Assembly (NCBI GenBank): GCA_963714015.1
Contig: OY970223.1
Location: 1,952,001-2,016,000 of the forward strand
DNA from: Vulcanimicrobiota bacterium
GTDB lineage: Bacteria; Vulcanimicrobiota; Vulcanimicrobiia; Vulcanimicrobiales; Vulcanimicrobiaceae
DNA: 64,000 nucleotides
Reading direction: 5' to 3'
Made by a program: the position numbers and the translations under genes. Of this stretch, positions 52,144 through 63,985 are shown piece by piece; position 1 is the first letter of the stretch; each line of letters starts with the position of its first letter. The notes under the pieces were generated by a model. The model had not been told where the DNA came from and did not search any database. It saw only the letters and a program-made list of their open reading frames with translations.

Positions 52144-54478
52144 GTTAGCCGACGCCCGGACCCTCGAGACGCTGGACTTTGCGGGCGTCCGCGATCGCGT
52201 TGTTGCGAACACGCGCACCGAGCGCGGGCGCCGTCTTGCGGAAGACTTGGTTCCGTTCGTCGACTTCGAACGCGTGCGGCGCGAGCAAACGGCTACGGCG
52301 CACGTTCGCGACCTCATCGCTTCGGCCGATATGCACGTGCTCCCGGCCATCGACACGGCTGAACTAACGCAGCGCGCGGGCGCCGGAACGGCGCTCGGGT
52401 CGAGCGAGATCCGTGCTGTGGGCGAAGCTATCGCTGCCGCCGCGGCAGCGTACAATAAGACGCGCGAACAGCCGAGCGAGGTGCTGGACGCAATCACCGC
52501 CGCGTATCGTCCGCTCAAAGACGTCCAGAATGAGATATTCGAGGCAATCGACGAGCGCGGAACGGTTTTGGAGCGTGCGTCGCCGGCGCTTGGGCGTATC
52601 CGCAAGAATCTGCAGCACGCGCAGGCGGAAGCGCGCGATCGGGTCGGCTCACTGCTGCGCAGCGCCAAGTATTCGAAAGCGATTCAAGACTCGGTCGTGA
52701 CGATTCGCGAGGGACGCTTCGTCGTGCCGATCAAGGCGGAGTTCAGCGGCGAAGTGCCCGGCATCGTGCACGACACCAGTTCGAGCGGTCAAACGCTCTT
52801 CGTGGAGCCGCTCGCCGCGCTCGAGGCAAATAACCGCGTGCGAACGCTGCGTTTGGAAGAAGAACGCGAGATCGCGCGGATACTGGCGCAGCTTTCGCGC
52901 CTCATCGGATCGTCGGCGGGGCAGATCGAAGCGAACGTCGAGATGCTCGCGCAGCTCGACCTGCTCGTCGCCAAGGCGCAACTCGCTGCGGCGATGGACG
53001 CGCGCCAACCGGAACACGTCCAGACCTCGACGCTATGCATCACCAATGGCCGCCATCCGCTGCTGGGCGACCGTGCCGTACCGCAGTCGCTGGAGATCGA
53101 CGAGCAGACGCGGCTTATCGTGATCAGCGGTCCGAATATGGGCGGCAAGACCGTCGCGCTCAAAATGGTCGGGCTCTTCGTCTGCATGACGTACTGCGGC
53201 TTGCAGATTCCGGCCACTCAGGGGAGCCGCATCGGACACTTCACGCGGATCTTTACGGACATCGGCGACGAACAATCGATCGCCGAGAACACGTCGACGT
53301 TCTCAGCTCATCTGCGGCGGATGCGGGAGATCATTTCGCAGGCCGGTGAACGATCGCTCGTGCTGGTCGACGAGATTGGGGGCGGCACGGAGCCGACCAG
53401 CGGCGCAGCGCTCGCGATAGCCATGCTCGAGCGGCTGAGTCGAGTGCGGGCCGGCGGCATCGTAACGACGCACGCGACCGAATTGAAACTCTTCGCGCAT
53501 CAGACGCCGGGCGTCGCGAACGCCAGCGTGCGTTTCGATCCGAACACGTTCGCGCCGACGTATCACTTGGACGTCGGCATGCCCGGGCAATCGCTGGCCT
53601 TTCCGCTAGCGCGTGCCTTGGGGATTCCGGGCGAGATCATCGAGCGCGCCGACGCGCTGCTGGGATCGCGCGAACGCGATTATGAGAGCGCGCTTGCGGA
53701 GCTTTCATCGCTGAGCGCGCAGCTTCAGGCTGAGCGCGACGGGGTCCAGCGCGAACGGCAGCACGTCGATCGCTTGCAAGAGAACCTGCGTTCGCGCACC
53801 GAGGCGCTGGAACGCGAACGCCGCGACTTCTCCGACAAAGCTGAGGCGCGTATGCAAGAGGCGCTGCGGGAATTCAGCGCAGAGCTCGCGCGCCGCGCCG
53901 CCGAGAACCAAGCCGCGCGACCGAAAGTGACGACCGCTCAAAGTGCGCTGCTGCAGCGAACGATCGAAGATATGCGCCGCGATTTGGGCGTCAAACCCGA
54001 AGCGCCGAAGACGGCAGACTCCGGAAGATTCGAATCCGGCGATTGGGTGCGCGTGCTTTCTTTCGGACAGGAGGGCAGCGTAATTGCCGACAACGGGGAC
54101 TCGCTGCTAATCGCGATCGGCCCCATGCGAACCGTCGTGGGAAAGAGCGACGTGCAGCGCGCGGGCTCGGGTGAGAAAGTGCGCCGCGGCAGCACCGGCG
54201 GCGGCGGCGCGGCGAAGATGGAGGCCGCCGCACGCACGATGAGCGAGCTCGACGTACGCGGCAAACGCTACATCGAAGCGGAGCCTTTGGTCGATCAATG
54301 GATCGACGAAGCCGTCCTTGCCGGCAACTCGCCGCTGCGCCTAATCCACGGCAAAGGCACCGGTATGCTGGGGCGCGGTCTTCAAGAGTTTCTGCGAAAT
54401 CATTCCAGCGTAAAAAACGTCCGCTACGGTGACGAAAACGAGGGCGGCGGCGGCGTGACGATCTTCGACCTGCGTTAA
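52136..54478 (+). CDS. mutS2: Endonuclease MutS2
   Basis: GIVHDTSSSGQTLFVEP, GPNMGGKT, DIGDEQSI, TTH, C-terminal Smr IHGKGTG. Confidence 0.95.
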   Translation: MAELADARTLETLDFAGVRDRVVANTRTERGRRLAEDLVPFVDFERVRREQTATAHVRDLIASADMHVLPAIDTAELTQRAGAGTALGSSEIRAVGEAIAAAAAAYNKTREQPSEVLDAITAAYRPLKDVQNEIFEAIDERGTVLERASPALGRIRKNLQHAQAEARDRVGSLLRSAKYSKAIQDSVVTIREGRFVVPIKAEFSGEVPGIVHDTSSSGQTLFVEPLAALEANNRVRTLRLEEEREIARILAQLSRLIGSSAGQIEANVEMLAQLDLLVAKAQLAAAMDARQPEHVQTSTLCITNGRHPLLGDRAVPQSLEIDEQTRLIVISGPNMGGKTVALKMVGLFVCMTYCGLQIPATQGSRIGHFTRIFTDIGDEQSIAENTSTFSAHLRRMREIISQAGERSLVLVDEIGGGTEPTSGAALAIAMLERLSRVRAGGIVTTHATELKLFAHQTPGVANASVRFDPNTFAPTYHLDVGMPGQSLAFPLARALGIPGEIIERADALLGSRERDYESALAELSSLSAQLQAERDGVQRERQHVDRLQENLRSRTEALERERRDFSDKAEARMQEALREFSAELARRAAENQAARPKVTTAQSALLQRTIEDMRRDLGVKPEAPKTADSGRFESGDWVRVLSFGQEGSVIADNGDSLLIAIGPMRTVVGKSDVQRAGSGEKVRRGSTGGGGAAKMEAAARTMSELDVRGKRYIEAEPLVDQWIDEAVLAGNSPLRLIHGKGTGMLGRGLQEFLRNHSSVKNVRYGDENEGGGGVTIFDLR

Positions 54479-54502
54479 ACGAGGGCGTCCCGGCCGCGCT
54501 CG

Positions 54503-57248
54503 CTACAGCCGGTATCGCAGCCTAAGCTGAATGCTGCGCCCCATCGGGTAACTCTGCGGCACGTAGCCGGCGCGTCCGTACGTCCACGGAACGGACTGCG
54601 TGCGTCCGTTGTTCGTGGGCACGCCGTTTCCGAGCGTATACGGGACGGAATATCCTCCGGCCGCTTCGTATGCGGCGGCGTAGAATGGATTACCGCCCGC
54701 ATATCCCGGCGGTCCGATCAAGTACGGGTTGCCTTGTAGCGAGGTAGGTGCAAAATTTCCGAGCAGATTCACGACGTCCAAGATCGCAGTCAATTTGGAC
54801 GTCACTTCCTGCTCGGCATGGACGTTAACGTACGTTTCCGGAGCGGCATAAAGCGTGTCGGGCGTCGAACCTTCGTGCGTTCCCAGCGAACCGATATACG
54901 GGTTCCTCAGCGAATCGTACGGCTGCGACGGATTACGAAGGAAGTAATAATTATAGCCGGGATCGACGTAGTTGTCGTTGGGGACCTGCTGCGGTTGGTG
55001 CGTCGCCGGATTGAAGATCCAGACCGCTGTGCCGTTTCCGTAAGGATACCCCGACTCGAAGGATAGCGAAGGTATGACCCGCAGCCGGCGGTTGCGCGAG
55101 TCGAATTCGCGCGAAAGATTCGCCGAAAACTTCGGGAGATAACTCACTGGGAAGAGCTGCCCGGCAGCAGCGGCCGCCGCGTTGAGACCGTTGTAGGCGA
55201 ACTGCGAGGCGCTCGACGAGTACGCCCGGACGTAATTTGCATCGACCGTCAATCCGCCATGGCTCAACCAAAGCTCGAAGCCTCGCGCGCGAAGGTCGCC
55301 GATGTTCGTGGGAACGCCGACGCCGCCCGGGGCAAGTCCGGATTGCAGCGCCGATCGAAAGTTGTACGGCAGCACGTCGATAAGGTTGGCCTCGTTGACG
55401 TTGTAGAGTGTCGCTCGAAATTCAAAAGGCGCCGCTCCCTCGAGGGAATAAGTGACGTCGTTCGCCGTTTGCGGCGCGAGTTGCACGAACGGCGCGGGCC
55501 TTCCATTAGGCACGTTGCCCGAATCGACACGATCTGCCTCGAGCGGCAATGGAGCGACGGTAATGCGATCGTAGCTCGCGCGAAACGCGATGCTGCCGAG
55601 GCGATAGACGCCCGAAAGATGCGGATCGAGTGCGCCGGCGTCGTAAATCGACCCGGAGCTCGGAACGACGTGCGTGTCGGTATAACGGGCGGTTGCCATG
55701 AGGTCGATCCGCGGCGTTGCGTGCCACGTGTCGCCGAAGTAGCCGAGATACGAAATCAGCGTAGGATTGGATGTTACGAATTCGCCGGCGGTCGGCACGA
55801 CCTGGTTGAGGAAAGAAGTGTTCGTGCGGTACTCGGCGCCGAATCGCAGATCGTCGTTTGCCGTAAGGTCCTCACCGTCGTAGCCTAGTCCCGCTTCACG
55901 ACTGCCTTGCGCCTGCGAGAGCGATATCGAGCCGTCGGGCCAGCCGTTCTCGTCCCAAAATGGACCGCCGGCTCGCGAGCCGTATTGCGACTGGTAAATC
56001 TGCACGCGCGAAAGCGAGTGGGGAGCGGAGTGAAGCCATTGCGCTTTCAAAATGTCATACGAACCGCGAACGCCCGACGCGAAAGCGACAGGCGCGTTTG
56101 CATTGACTTCACCCGGATACGTCGTGGAGCGACCGTCGAACTCTCCAATCGTCTCGCCGGCGTACGGCGAGCCGTACTGCTGATACGCAGCCTGACCGGC
56201 CAGGCCGAGGACGGAGACGTCGTCTTGACGGTCGACTCGAAAATGAACGTTGGATTCAAGCGAATACTCGCCGCGATTCTGCAGCGCCAGACCATACGTT
56301 GCAGCCTCGGAAGGATAGAACGTGCGTCCGTCCCCGTAGTCGAAGTACTGGCCGGCGGCCGTGGCGGCGAACGCGTAACGCCAGCGCAGATCCGGCGTAG
56401 CGCCCAAGATTTGCAGCGAGTTCCGTTGGAACTGCCCGCCACCTAGTCCCACTCCCGATTCGAGCGTTGCGCTCCCGGGATACGTGCCGGCAGCCGGAAT
56501 TTCGTCGATGACGCCGCCAAGCGCATTGTCACCCTGCGTCGTGTATCCCGCGAGCGTCGCCGTCGTAGAAGCAACCCCCGTCGTCGGGAGCTGCGCTCCA
56601 ACGATATTGCCGCCGGGCTCTGCGATGAGTCCTTGAGGAATCGGCACGGAGTCGTAGTCGAAGATCGCATCCGCGACCTTACCGCCGCGCAGAATTGCGT
56701 TTGCGAACTGATCCAAAACGACCCCCGGCACCGATGCAATCGCGCCCTGCACGGTTCCGGCGATGTAGCCCGAAAGTCCGGAGGACGATACCGGAGGAGA
56801 GATTGCGCGAGCCCCAGCTCCACTGACGGTGAAAGCGTCTGCGGCGTTTCCGATCGTAAAGGCCTTATTCGTCGCGCGAATGTTTGCGATCGTATGGATT
56901 TGACGAACCAGACGAAACACCAAGTACAGTGATTGTCCGGGCAGAACCGCCACGCCGCTTTGCATTGCGGCTTGGTATCCGTTCGCTTCTACGGAAACCG
57001 CGTAGTCATCCGGAGTTACGCCCAGGATGTTGAAGCGTCCATGGGCGTCTGAGGTCGCAGTATAGACACCGGAAGGGGACGACACCCTGATGCGTGCATT
57101 GGCGACCGGTAACCCGTCGCCGCTCACGCTGCCGACGATCGTCCCGGTCGTCGCTTCAGCCGCTTCGACCGATGCCGCAGCAAGAGTCTGCGATAAGAAC
57201 GACGAGGAGGAGCGCGAAGCTCATTCGCGCCGAAGATGGAAGCTTCAT
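54503..57248 (-). CDS. TonB-dependent receptor-like outer membrane protein with N-terminal carboxypeptidase-regulatory-like domain (indel in the signal region near 57170)
   Basis: TTGTIVGSV...SDAHGRFNILGVTPDDY, plug-like region, G/Y/N-rich barrel, C-terminal IQLRLRYRL; ATG 57248 with TAGGA upstream. Confidence 0.75.
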
Positions 57249-57299
57249 GAACGGTCCTAGAGAACGCGCAGGGCGTCCGGACGCTGAGTGAGGAGATAT

Positions 57300-57955
57300 T
57301 TAAGGAAGCGTCGGGAGAAGCGGAGGTGCGCGTTCACCTAGCTGGTGAACGTGAATAGCGCTACGGCGAAATGAGGCCGGCTCGGCATAATGACCGGCCA
57401 AAATCGGACTGTTTTCATGAGAGAAAGCATCGGACAAGTATTGCAGTGAAGTCGAACGAGCGTAGCGCACCGCTTGACGATCGAGCGCATCGCGCGCGCG
57501 AGCAGAATCGTACAAACCATTCCTAAAGCCGCATGCGCGGGAACGCTGAACCAGACGGGACCGCCAAGCCATACTCCGCCCCCAAGAAGCGTGCCGCCGG
57601 AGAGCAGTTGTTCAGTGCTTTCCATCGCGTAAAGCGCGGCGAACTGCAGCACGAGAACGTACGGCAGGTCTTGCAGCGGCGATCGTGCGCAGACAAGCGC
57701 CGCCGTTTCAACCAGCCGGTCTTTGTGCCGGCCCGGCCCGCGAAGAAGCTGGAGGCAATGCCTGCAAATCAGCAGGAGCGCCAGCACTGCGCCTGCGAGG
57801 AGGGTCGGGATCACGCTCAAGTGATCGTTATCGGCATATCCTCGCGCAATGAGGCCGCTGTTGGAGACCGTTTCGACCAAAGGGTCACCGAGCGCCGCGG
57901 CAATGAGCGCAACGGCGATAAGGAACGGTAGTCGGGTCCCGGCATCTCTATGCAT
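57300..57955 (-). CDS. Multi-TM membrane protein with a C-terminal RAPP motif (indel near 57450)
   Basis: About four hydrophobic segments in ORF 57338..58012 (from ATG 57955). The adjacent frame (ORF 57300..57572) ends HVHQLGERAPPLLPTLP*. Confidence 0.65.
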
Positions 57956-58025
57956 CGTCTGCGTCACGGCTCGTAATCGGCAATTGTCGTCCCGCGGGGT
58001 ACCTGCCTGCATGCTTTGCAGGGTC

Positions 58026-58442
58026 CTAGCGTGGTCTACCTGTTTTCGGTATACGACCGGCTAAGGCTTGCGGCGTCGCGGACTTCGCAGGTTTCACTCC
58101 GCCGCAGTTCGGGCAGCGGCGGGACGGCGAGCGATCCAGACGCGCGGCAAAGCGGTAACCTTTCTTGGCAACAGTCACGACGTATGAATGGCTTGCGACG
58201 CCATCTCCCAGCGCGCGGCGTAACGCAAAGATATGCTGTCTGAGGGTTCCGTCGGTCACCGATTCGTCAGGCCACAACCGTTGGAAGAAAACGTGCCGCT
58301 CGACGACCGCGCAGTCGGCCTCCAGCAACAGCCGCAGAATTTGGAAAGTTTTTTCACTGAGCTGTTTGACGGACGTGCCGTGCGTGAGAAGCCGCCGGGA
58401 AAGATCGAGCCGGTACGGCCCAAATCGATACATCTCAACCAT
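58026..58442 (-). CDS. Stand-alone OmpR/CadC-type winged-helix DNA-binding protein
   Basis: YRFGPYRLD...LWPDESVTDGTLRQHIFALRRALGD...TVAKKGYRF. Confidence 0.85.
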   Translation of the reverse strand: MVEMYRFGPYRLDLSRRLLTHGTSVKQLSEKTFQILRLLLEADCAVVERHVFFQRLWPDESVTDGTLRQHIFALRRALGDGVASHSYVVTVAKKGYRFAARLDRSPSRRCPNCGGVKPAKSATPQALAGRIPKTGRPR

Positions 58443-58449
58443 CACGCAT

Positions 58450-59182
58450 TCAATGCATGATTGGTGCCGGCGATCCGTCGGACCAGTGAGAGACTGGGAC
58501 GAAAAAGAGCGTCCACGGCTCGGGATTGACACGATGACCGTTATCGAAGATCACGGGAGAACCGGGCTCGTCGGCTCCCCAACTCGCACCGTCGTTTGCC
58601 GTATCCGCCTTAGGCGAATAGAACATGACGTGCGGCATCCACGCCTTGGCGGCGTCGGTGAGGTGCTGGTCTTTGGACATCATGTAGGCCATGGAGCCGG
58701 GTGCCGCTGCCGGAAGTTCTTTGGCCGCGACGGCAGCCTTGATGCGATCGTAGATTGCCGATTCCGAAAGGCCCGCCAGAACCATGCCCGTGCGTTTCAA
58801 CGTGTAAGGAAGAACCGTGCGGGAAGCCTCAGGGTTGTAGCAAACCGGCGCGCGCATCTTCCAATCCCAAAACTCGGAGTCTGTCGAACGGGTTCATCCA
58901 CGAACGCTCCACCAAGCACGTGAAGCCGTTGCTGCCCGTCTGGACAACGCGGTATCCGCTCGAGGTTAGGACCAGAACCGTCGCGTGGAGCGAAATCGAG
59001 GACGGCGCCGCGCTTCGGGCAAGGGCGATCTCCGCTCGACTTTGCGGCGTTAGATACTGCGCTAGCGGTGCCATCCGCGGATAGAGGGTGTCTTTGGCCT
59101 CGCCCTGAGCGCACGCGGCCGCCACGGCGAGCGATACAGCGGCAATAGCCGCGGCCGCATGAAATCCCGCTCGAGTCATCAT
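58450..59182 (-). CDS. Secreted hypothetical protein (frameshift near 58875)
   Basis: Signal peptide, EIALARSAAP...NGFTCLVERSW, continuing as RAPVCYNP...YMMSK...PHVMFY. Confidence 0.65.
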
Positions 59183-59375
59183 AAGTGCCTCCGTTCGGGT
59201 TGTTTTAGTACAACGTACTTGCTAAAAACAAGGCAACGGACCGGTTTGTGACCGGCGCGTCCGCGTTTGACAAAATTTGACGGGCTCGAGCCGTCACCGG
59301 CGGCCGGTTCGCTTCGTTTACCATGCGGCCCTTGCAAATTGCAAGTTCGGTAGCACTTTTAGATGGAGAGCCGGC

Positions 59376-59684
59376 GTGACGCACGTGAGGCAAATCGTAT
59401 TCGGTGACTTCGTGCTCGACGTGTCCGGACGAATGCTGCGGCATCGTTCGACGCCGGTTTTGCTTCGTCCCAAGGAGTTCGAGCTGTTGCTGCTGCTCGC
59501 GCTCTCCCGCGGTGCGGCCGTCAGCAAGGAGGCAATCATCGACGTGGTTTGGCATAGCGCGGACGTAAGCGACTCCGCAATTACGCAGAGCATCTACCGG
59601 CTGCGTCAAACGCTGAGCCGTCACGACCCGAATACCAATCATATCGCCACCATTCCCGGTCGCGGTTACCGATTCGCGTCATGA
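59376..59684 (+). CDS. Stand-alone OmpR/CadC-type winged-helix DNA-binding protein
   Basis: FGDFVLD...PKEFELLLLL...VSDSAITQSIYRLRQTL...TIPGRGYRF; SD GGAGAG. Confidence 0.85.
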   Translation: MTHVRQIVFGDFVLDVSGRMLRHRSTPVLLRPKEFELLLLLALSRGAAVSKEAIIDVVWHSADVSDSAITQSIYRLRQTLSRHDPNTNHIATIPGRGYRFAS

Positions 59685-60413
59685 AAATCGACGAGCGCGC
59701 CCCGGAAGCGCGCCTGCGTGAGGTACTCGGCGACGTCGATTTGAGCAACGCGCGCCCGATCAAAATTACGCGGAATACCGGATTGTTGTGCGCCGGTTCA
59801 AACTTCCTTGGTGCGGCTAAAATTCTGCCGGACATACGATGGTCGCACAGCATCAGCGTCACGCTTGCGTCCTCTCCACAGTCCGATCTTATCGCGGTTC
59901 TGCGCACTAAAGCGTTGGATGCCGATCAGCGGCGCATCTTCGATCGCCCGACGATCCCTGCGGACGGTTTGGCGGCGCTGTTGCGGCTTGCGGCAAACTG
60001 CGCGAGCGACGAGCGGTTTGAGTCGATCATCTTTGAAGCGTTCCAACTAGCCTCGCGCCGTTCGATGGATCACGCCGCGGCGAAGCCGTTCACTGCGTAT
60101 GCAGCGTCTCAAGCGTTTCATCGAACAGGAGTGCCACCGCGATCTGACCTTGGAACGCATGGCGTGCGTAACCGGCCTATCGACGTTTGCTTGTCTGCGG
60201 CAGTTCAAAGAAGCGACCGGGGCGACGCCGCATGCCTATCTCCTGCAATGCCGGATTCAAAAGGCACTGGGGCTGCTGTGCGTTCATGGCGCGAGCGTTG
60301 GTGCCGTCGCAATTGCCGCCGGCTTTACCGATCAAGCACACTTTGCTCGGATGTTCAAGAGATCGACGGGGATGACGCCGATGCAATACCGCGCTGCAAA
60401 CGCGCTTGGATAA
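59681..60413 (+). CDS. AraC family transcriptional regulator (+1 indel before about 60099)
   Basis: C-terminal LTLERMA...FKEATGATPHAY...GFTDQAHFARMFKRSTGMTPMQYR in ORF 60099..60413. Confidence 0.8.
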
Positions 60414-60590
60414 AATTGCCCACTTTGGCTTTGGAAAGCCCGTAAAGCGTGTGGATGTTAGGACTTTGCCGCCGTTTTTCCGTCACAGTGATTTCACCGG
60501 ACTACGGCCGCGGTAAACTCAGGCGTCGGAAACAAGGAAACAACGCCACCGGCTGCAGCGCGTCGCCCGGCAACGATAGGAGTAACAACT

Positions 60591-63500
60591 ATGCAGTCAA
60601 CCCTTAGCCGTGCGCGGCGACGGGCGGTTGCGGCATGCTCGGCGATTTTGCTTACGCTGAGTTTGTTCTCGACAACCCTCGCGCCCGCAATCGCGGCAGG
60701 CGGCGTGCAAGGAAACTTGACCGGGTCGGTAGTCGACACGAGTACGCAAGCACCCCTTGCCGACGTTCACGTAGCCGCCCAGTCGCCCTCGGGCAGCTTT
60801 TCAGCCAATCACGGACGCCGGCGGCCACTTCACGATGCTTGGTCTTCCGGCGGACACGTATACCGTGTCCTTCACCAGATCCGGGTACGATTCCATCTCC
60901 CAACCCGGCGTGGCGGTGTTCGGCGACGAAACAAACAGCGTCGGGAACGATTCGAATGAGCAAATCGCTCAAGACCATCGTTCACGTCAACGCACGGGCG
61001 CGCAACGGCGCGTTCCAGCCGACGCAAACGCAAGACGTCACCACGATCAGCGGCCAGCGCATCACGCAGGCGCTGGGCAATGCCACTTCGCGAAACGAGC
61101 AAAACCTTATCCTTGCTGCCCCGGGCGCAATGTTGGATTCGCAGGGCAACATCACGGTTCGCGGCTCGCTCAACGTCGAATTGGGCTATCAGTACGACGG
61201 CGTGAACTTCACGATTCCGTTCTTCGACGGCAACGGCGGCGGCGGTGCAAAACGGCACCGGCGGCTACCTGAACAACCTCGCGGGCGGTTCGGGCGGCTC
61301 GCTGCAAGTCGTCTCCGGTTCCGGCGACGCGACCCAGGGCAACATCGGCGCCGGCGTGATCAACATCGTTCCGCCGCGCGGAACCTACCCTGCGTCGGGA
61401 ATGTTCAACACGGAAGTCGATTCGCCGTACTACGGTCACAAATTCGACGTGAACTACGCATGGGCCACGCCGAACAACCGGCATCAGCGACTACTTCTCG
61501 TACGACGGCTCGCGTGACGTTCCGGAGTACGCGCCGTTCGGCATCGACGCGGCGACGATCGGCGAGTACAATGGACCTACTGCATCAGCCGAATAGACCA
61601 CGACGACCTTCAGAACAACTTCGTGTTTCGCTTCGGCCACAACAACAATATGTCCGCTGCAGTGGCTGATGCGTGTCTCGAACCAAAGCGAGTTCGGCAA
61701 CTACGGCGGTTTAGGGCAGGCATCGTACTACCCGTACAATCCCATCGCAAGTGCGCCGTGGAGCCAAACCTATCCAGGCGTAGTCGATCAAAACGGCAAT
61801 GTCATTGAAACACCCGCCCAGGAGTACGCAGCGACGGTGGGGTTGCTTCCCGGCAGTCCCGTCAACGGACGTTCTCCCCACGACGCCGAGCAGCTGTTCG
61901 CGACGCCGCTCACGTTCAACAAAATCGGTTACACGTGGAATATCAATCCCACGACATTCCTGAACCTGAACTGGGCGAATTTCTACAACCAGACGACCCA
62001 GCATTTCAATACCGCCGCGGAATACCAGATGACTGAGGAACAGGTCGGAGGTCAGCGCGTCTTCGGCGAAATGGATCTCACGCATCAATTCGGTGCGAAC
62101 CACACGACGACGCTCGCCGTTCGCTACCAAGACGACCTTCCGCGTTGGAACAATCAGTCGCCATGGTTTGCATCCGACACGCTGGGATATACCGGCGCCG
62201 CCGTCAATCAGGGCAGCCTCGCCAACGGCGGCGCTGCATATCTGCCGGATATTTCCGACTGGTATCTCCCGCCCAACACCACCGCGCCGGTAAGCGCGGC
62301 CAACCCATGCCCCAATTACCCCGGCAGTTCGACTGCGGGATCGTGCTACATCTACAGTTACATGATGGCGCACGGTCTATGGAACGGTATCGGTTCGCTG
62401 CCGCGGATTCCGAACGCAAGGACTCGACTACCACCATGCAATCTTCCACGAGTCGGGCATCGGTCTTCGCGATCAGTGGACTGTCAATTCGCGTCTGCAC
62501 CTGGATTACGGTCTTCGTCTAGACGCCGACAATTTGGACTGGGGACAGAACCCTTACAACTTCACGTCGGAAGCGCTCTCGAATCCGTCGGACGTGGATC
62601 CGTCGACGAAACTCGGGAATGACTTCCTGCGTCCGCGCGATTGGCAGCCGCGTTTGGCGGCGTCGTACCAACTCGGCGCGGACGACGCCCTGCGTTTTTC
62701 GTACGGGCGCTCCGTGAACTTCTTCTTTGCACAAACGGCCGGTACACCGTTTAACCTCTCGAACGTTCCGTCGTTCATGTTCCAAATGCCCGCGAAGGAT
62801 TCGACCGCGCAACCCGGATGCGGCAGCGGCTGGAATTCGTCACTGCCGGGCGGTCCGGCGTATAACGGTCCGGGCAATTTTTACAAGTGCCCGAACTACG
62901 CGGATTCCCTGTACTGGCTCGGCGATCAGAACTTCGATGCACCCGACCTGGGCGGTTACGGTCCGCCGACGTACAATAACTGGGATCTCCAGTGGTCGCA
63001 TCAGTTCGTAGGGGGACCGGTTAACGGCTTCGGGATGAAGCTTACGGCCTTCGATCGCCGCGGCTACAACGTGGAAGAAAACACGCTGCTGGCCAACGGT
63101 CCGCCGAACCCGATCACCGGTCAAACGGCGGCGTCGGTCTTTGCGACCGAAGCGAACGGCGTCGAGAAGACGTCGGGTATCGAGTTCATGCTCACCGCGC
63201 CGGATCGTCCGACGGGCCTGAGCGGATTCCTGACGATGAACTACATCAGCGAGTTCTCGTCGACTCCACCGGTCGATGCCACGAACTATGCGAACGATCA
63301 GCTGCCGATCCTGTTCCAGGACGAATTCAGCACCGGGCAGCTCTATCGCAGCGCATTCTTGCCGCCGCTTCAAGGGCGCTTGGGGCTCTCGTTCAAGACC
63401 GCCGGCGGATGGAAGATCAATCCGATCTTCGCATTCGACGGAGGCTTCCCGACGGGGGTCGGTTCGCAAACTTATGGGGCAGTGAACGGTCAATATCTCT

Positions 63501-63985
63501 GGATTCCGGAGACGAATTTCGGTGCGGCGACGCCGCTTGGCGGTCCGCAAGGTCCGGGTAATCCGTACAACGCCTCGTACTTCGTCGATCCGGCAAATCC
63601 GGGGAACTATCTCTCGCCGAACATCGCCGCTTCACGCGGCTATCCGGAACCCGCGCTCCCCGGTAACGCGTTGACGAAGGCGCACGGAAGTCTGGATCTC
63701 GATCTCGAGTATTCACCGCCCAGCTCGCCCTGGACGATGGGCGCGTATATTTCGAACGTGTTCGACAACCACTACGGACTGTGGTATCCCAACCAGCAGT
63801 ACCAGCCTGTTGCAACCGGCGTGTCCGGTCCGCAAACGGGAACGTTCGCGAGCGCTTATCCAGGCACACCATTCTACCTCAACGGCGCTCGGGATAATTA
63901 TCTGGGAACGTATGCCAACGGTCCTTTCCAAGTGCCGTATAACGCAGGTACGACGTTCCAGTTCTATCTGCAGCGGAAAATCTAA
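60591..63985 (+). CDS. TonB-dependent receptor-like outer membrane protein (multiple indels)
   Basis: SD AGGAG, signal peptide, GNLTGSVVD...LPADTYTVSF, plug-like VRGSL...YQYDG, GVINIV, barrel segments PRLAASYQL/RFSYGRS, C-terminal FQFYLQRKI; split over at least 6 ORFs. Confidence 0.75.

Noticed and set aside
60420..60590. Riboswitch (e.g. cobalamin or TPP) in the leader of the last receptor gene
   Set aside because: No B12 box, TPP core or other recognisable aptamer consensus.
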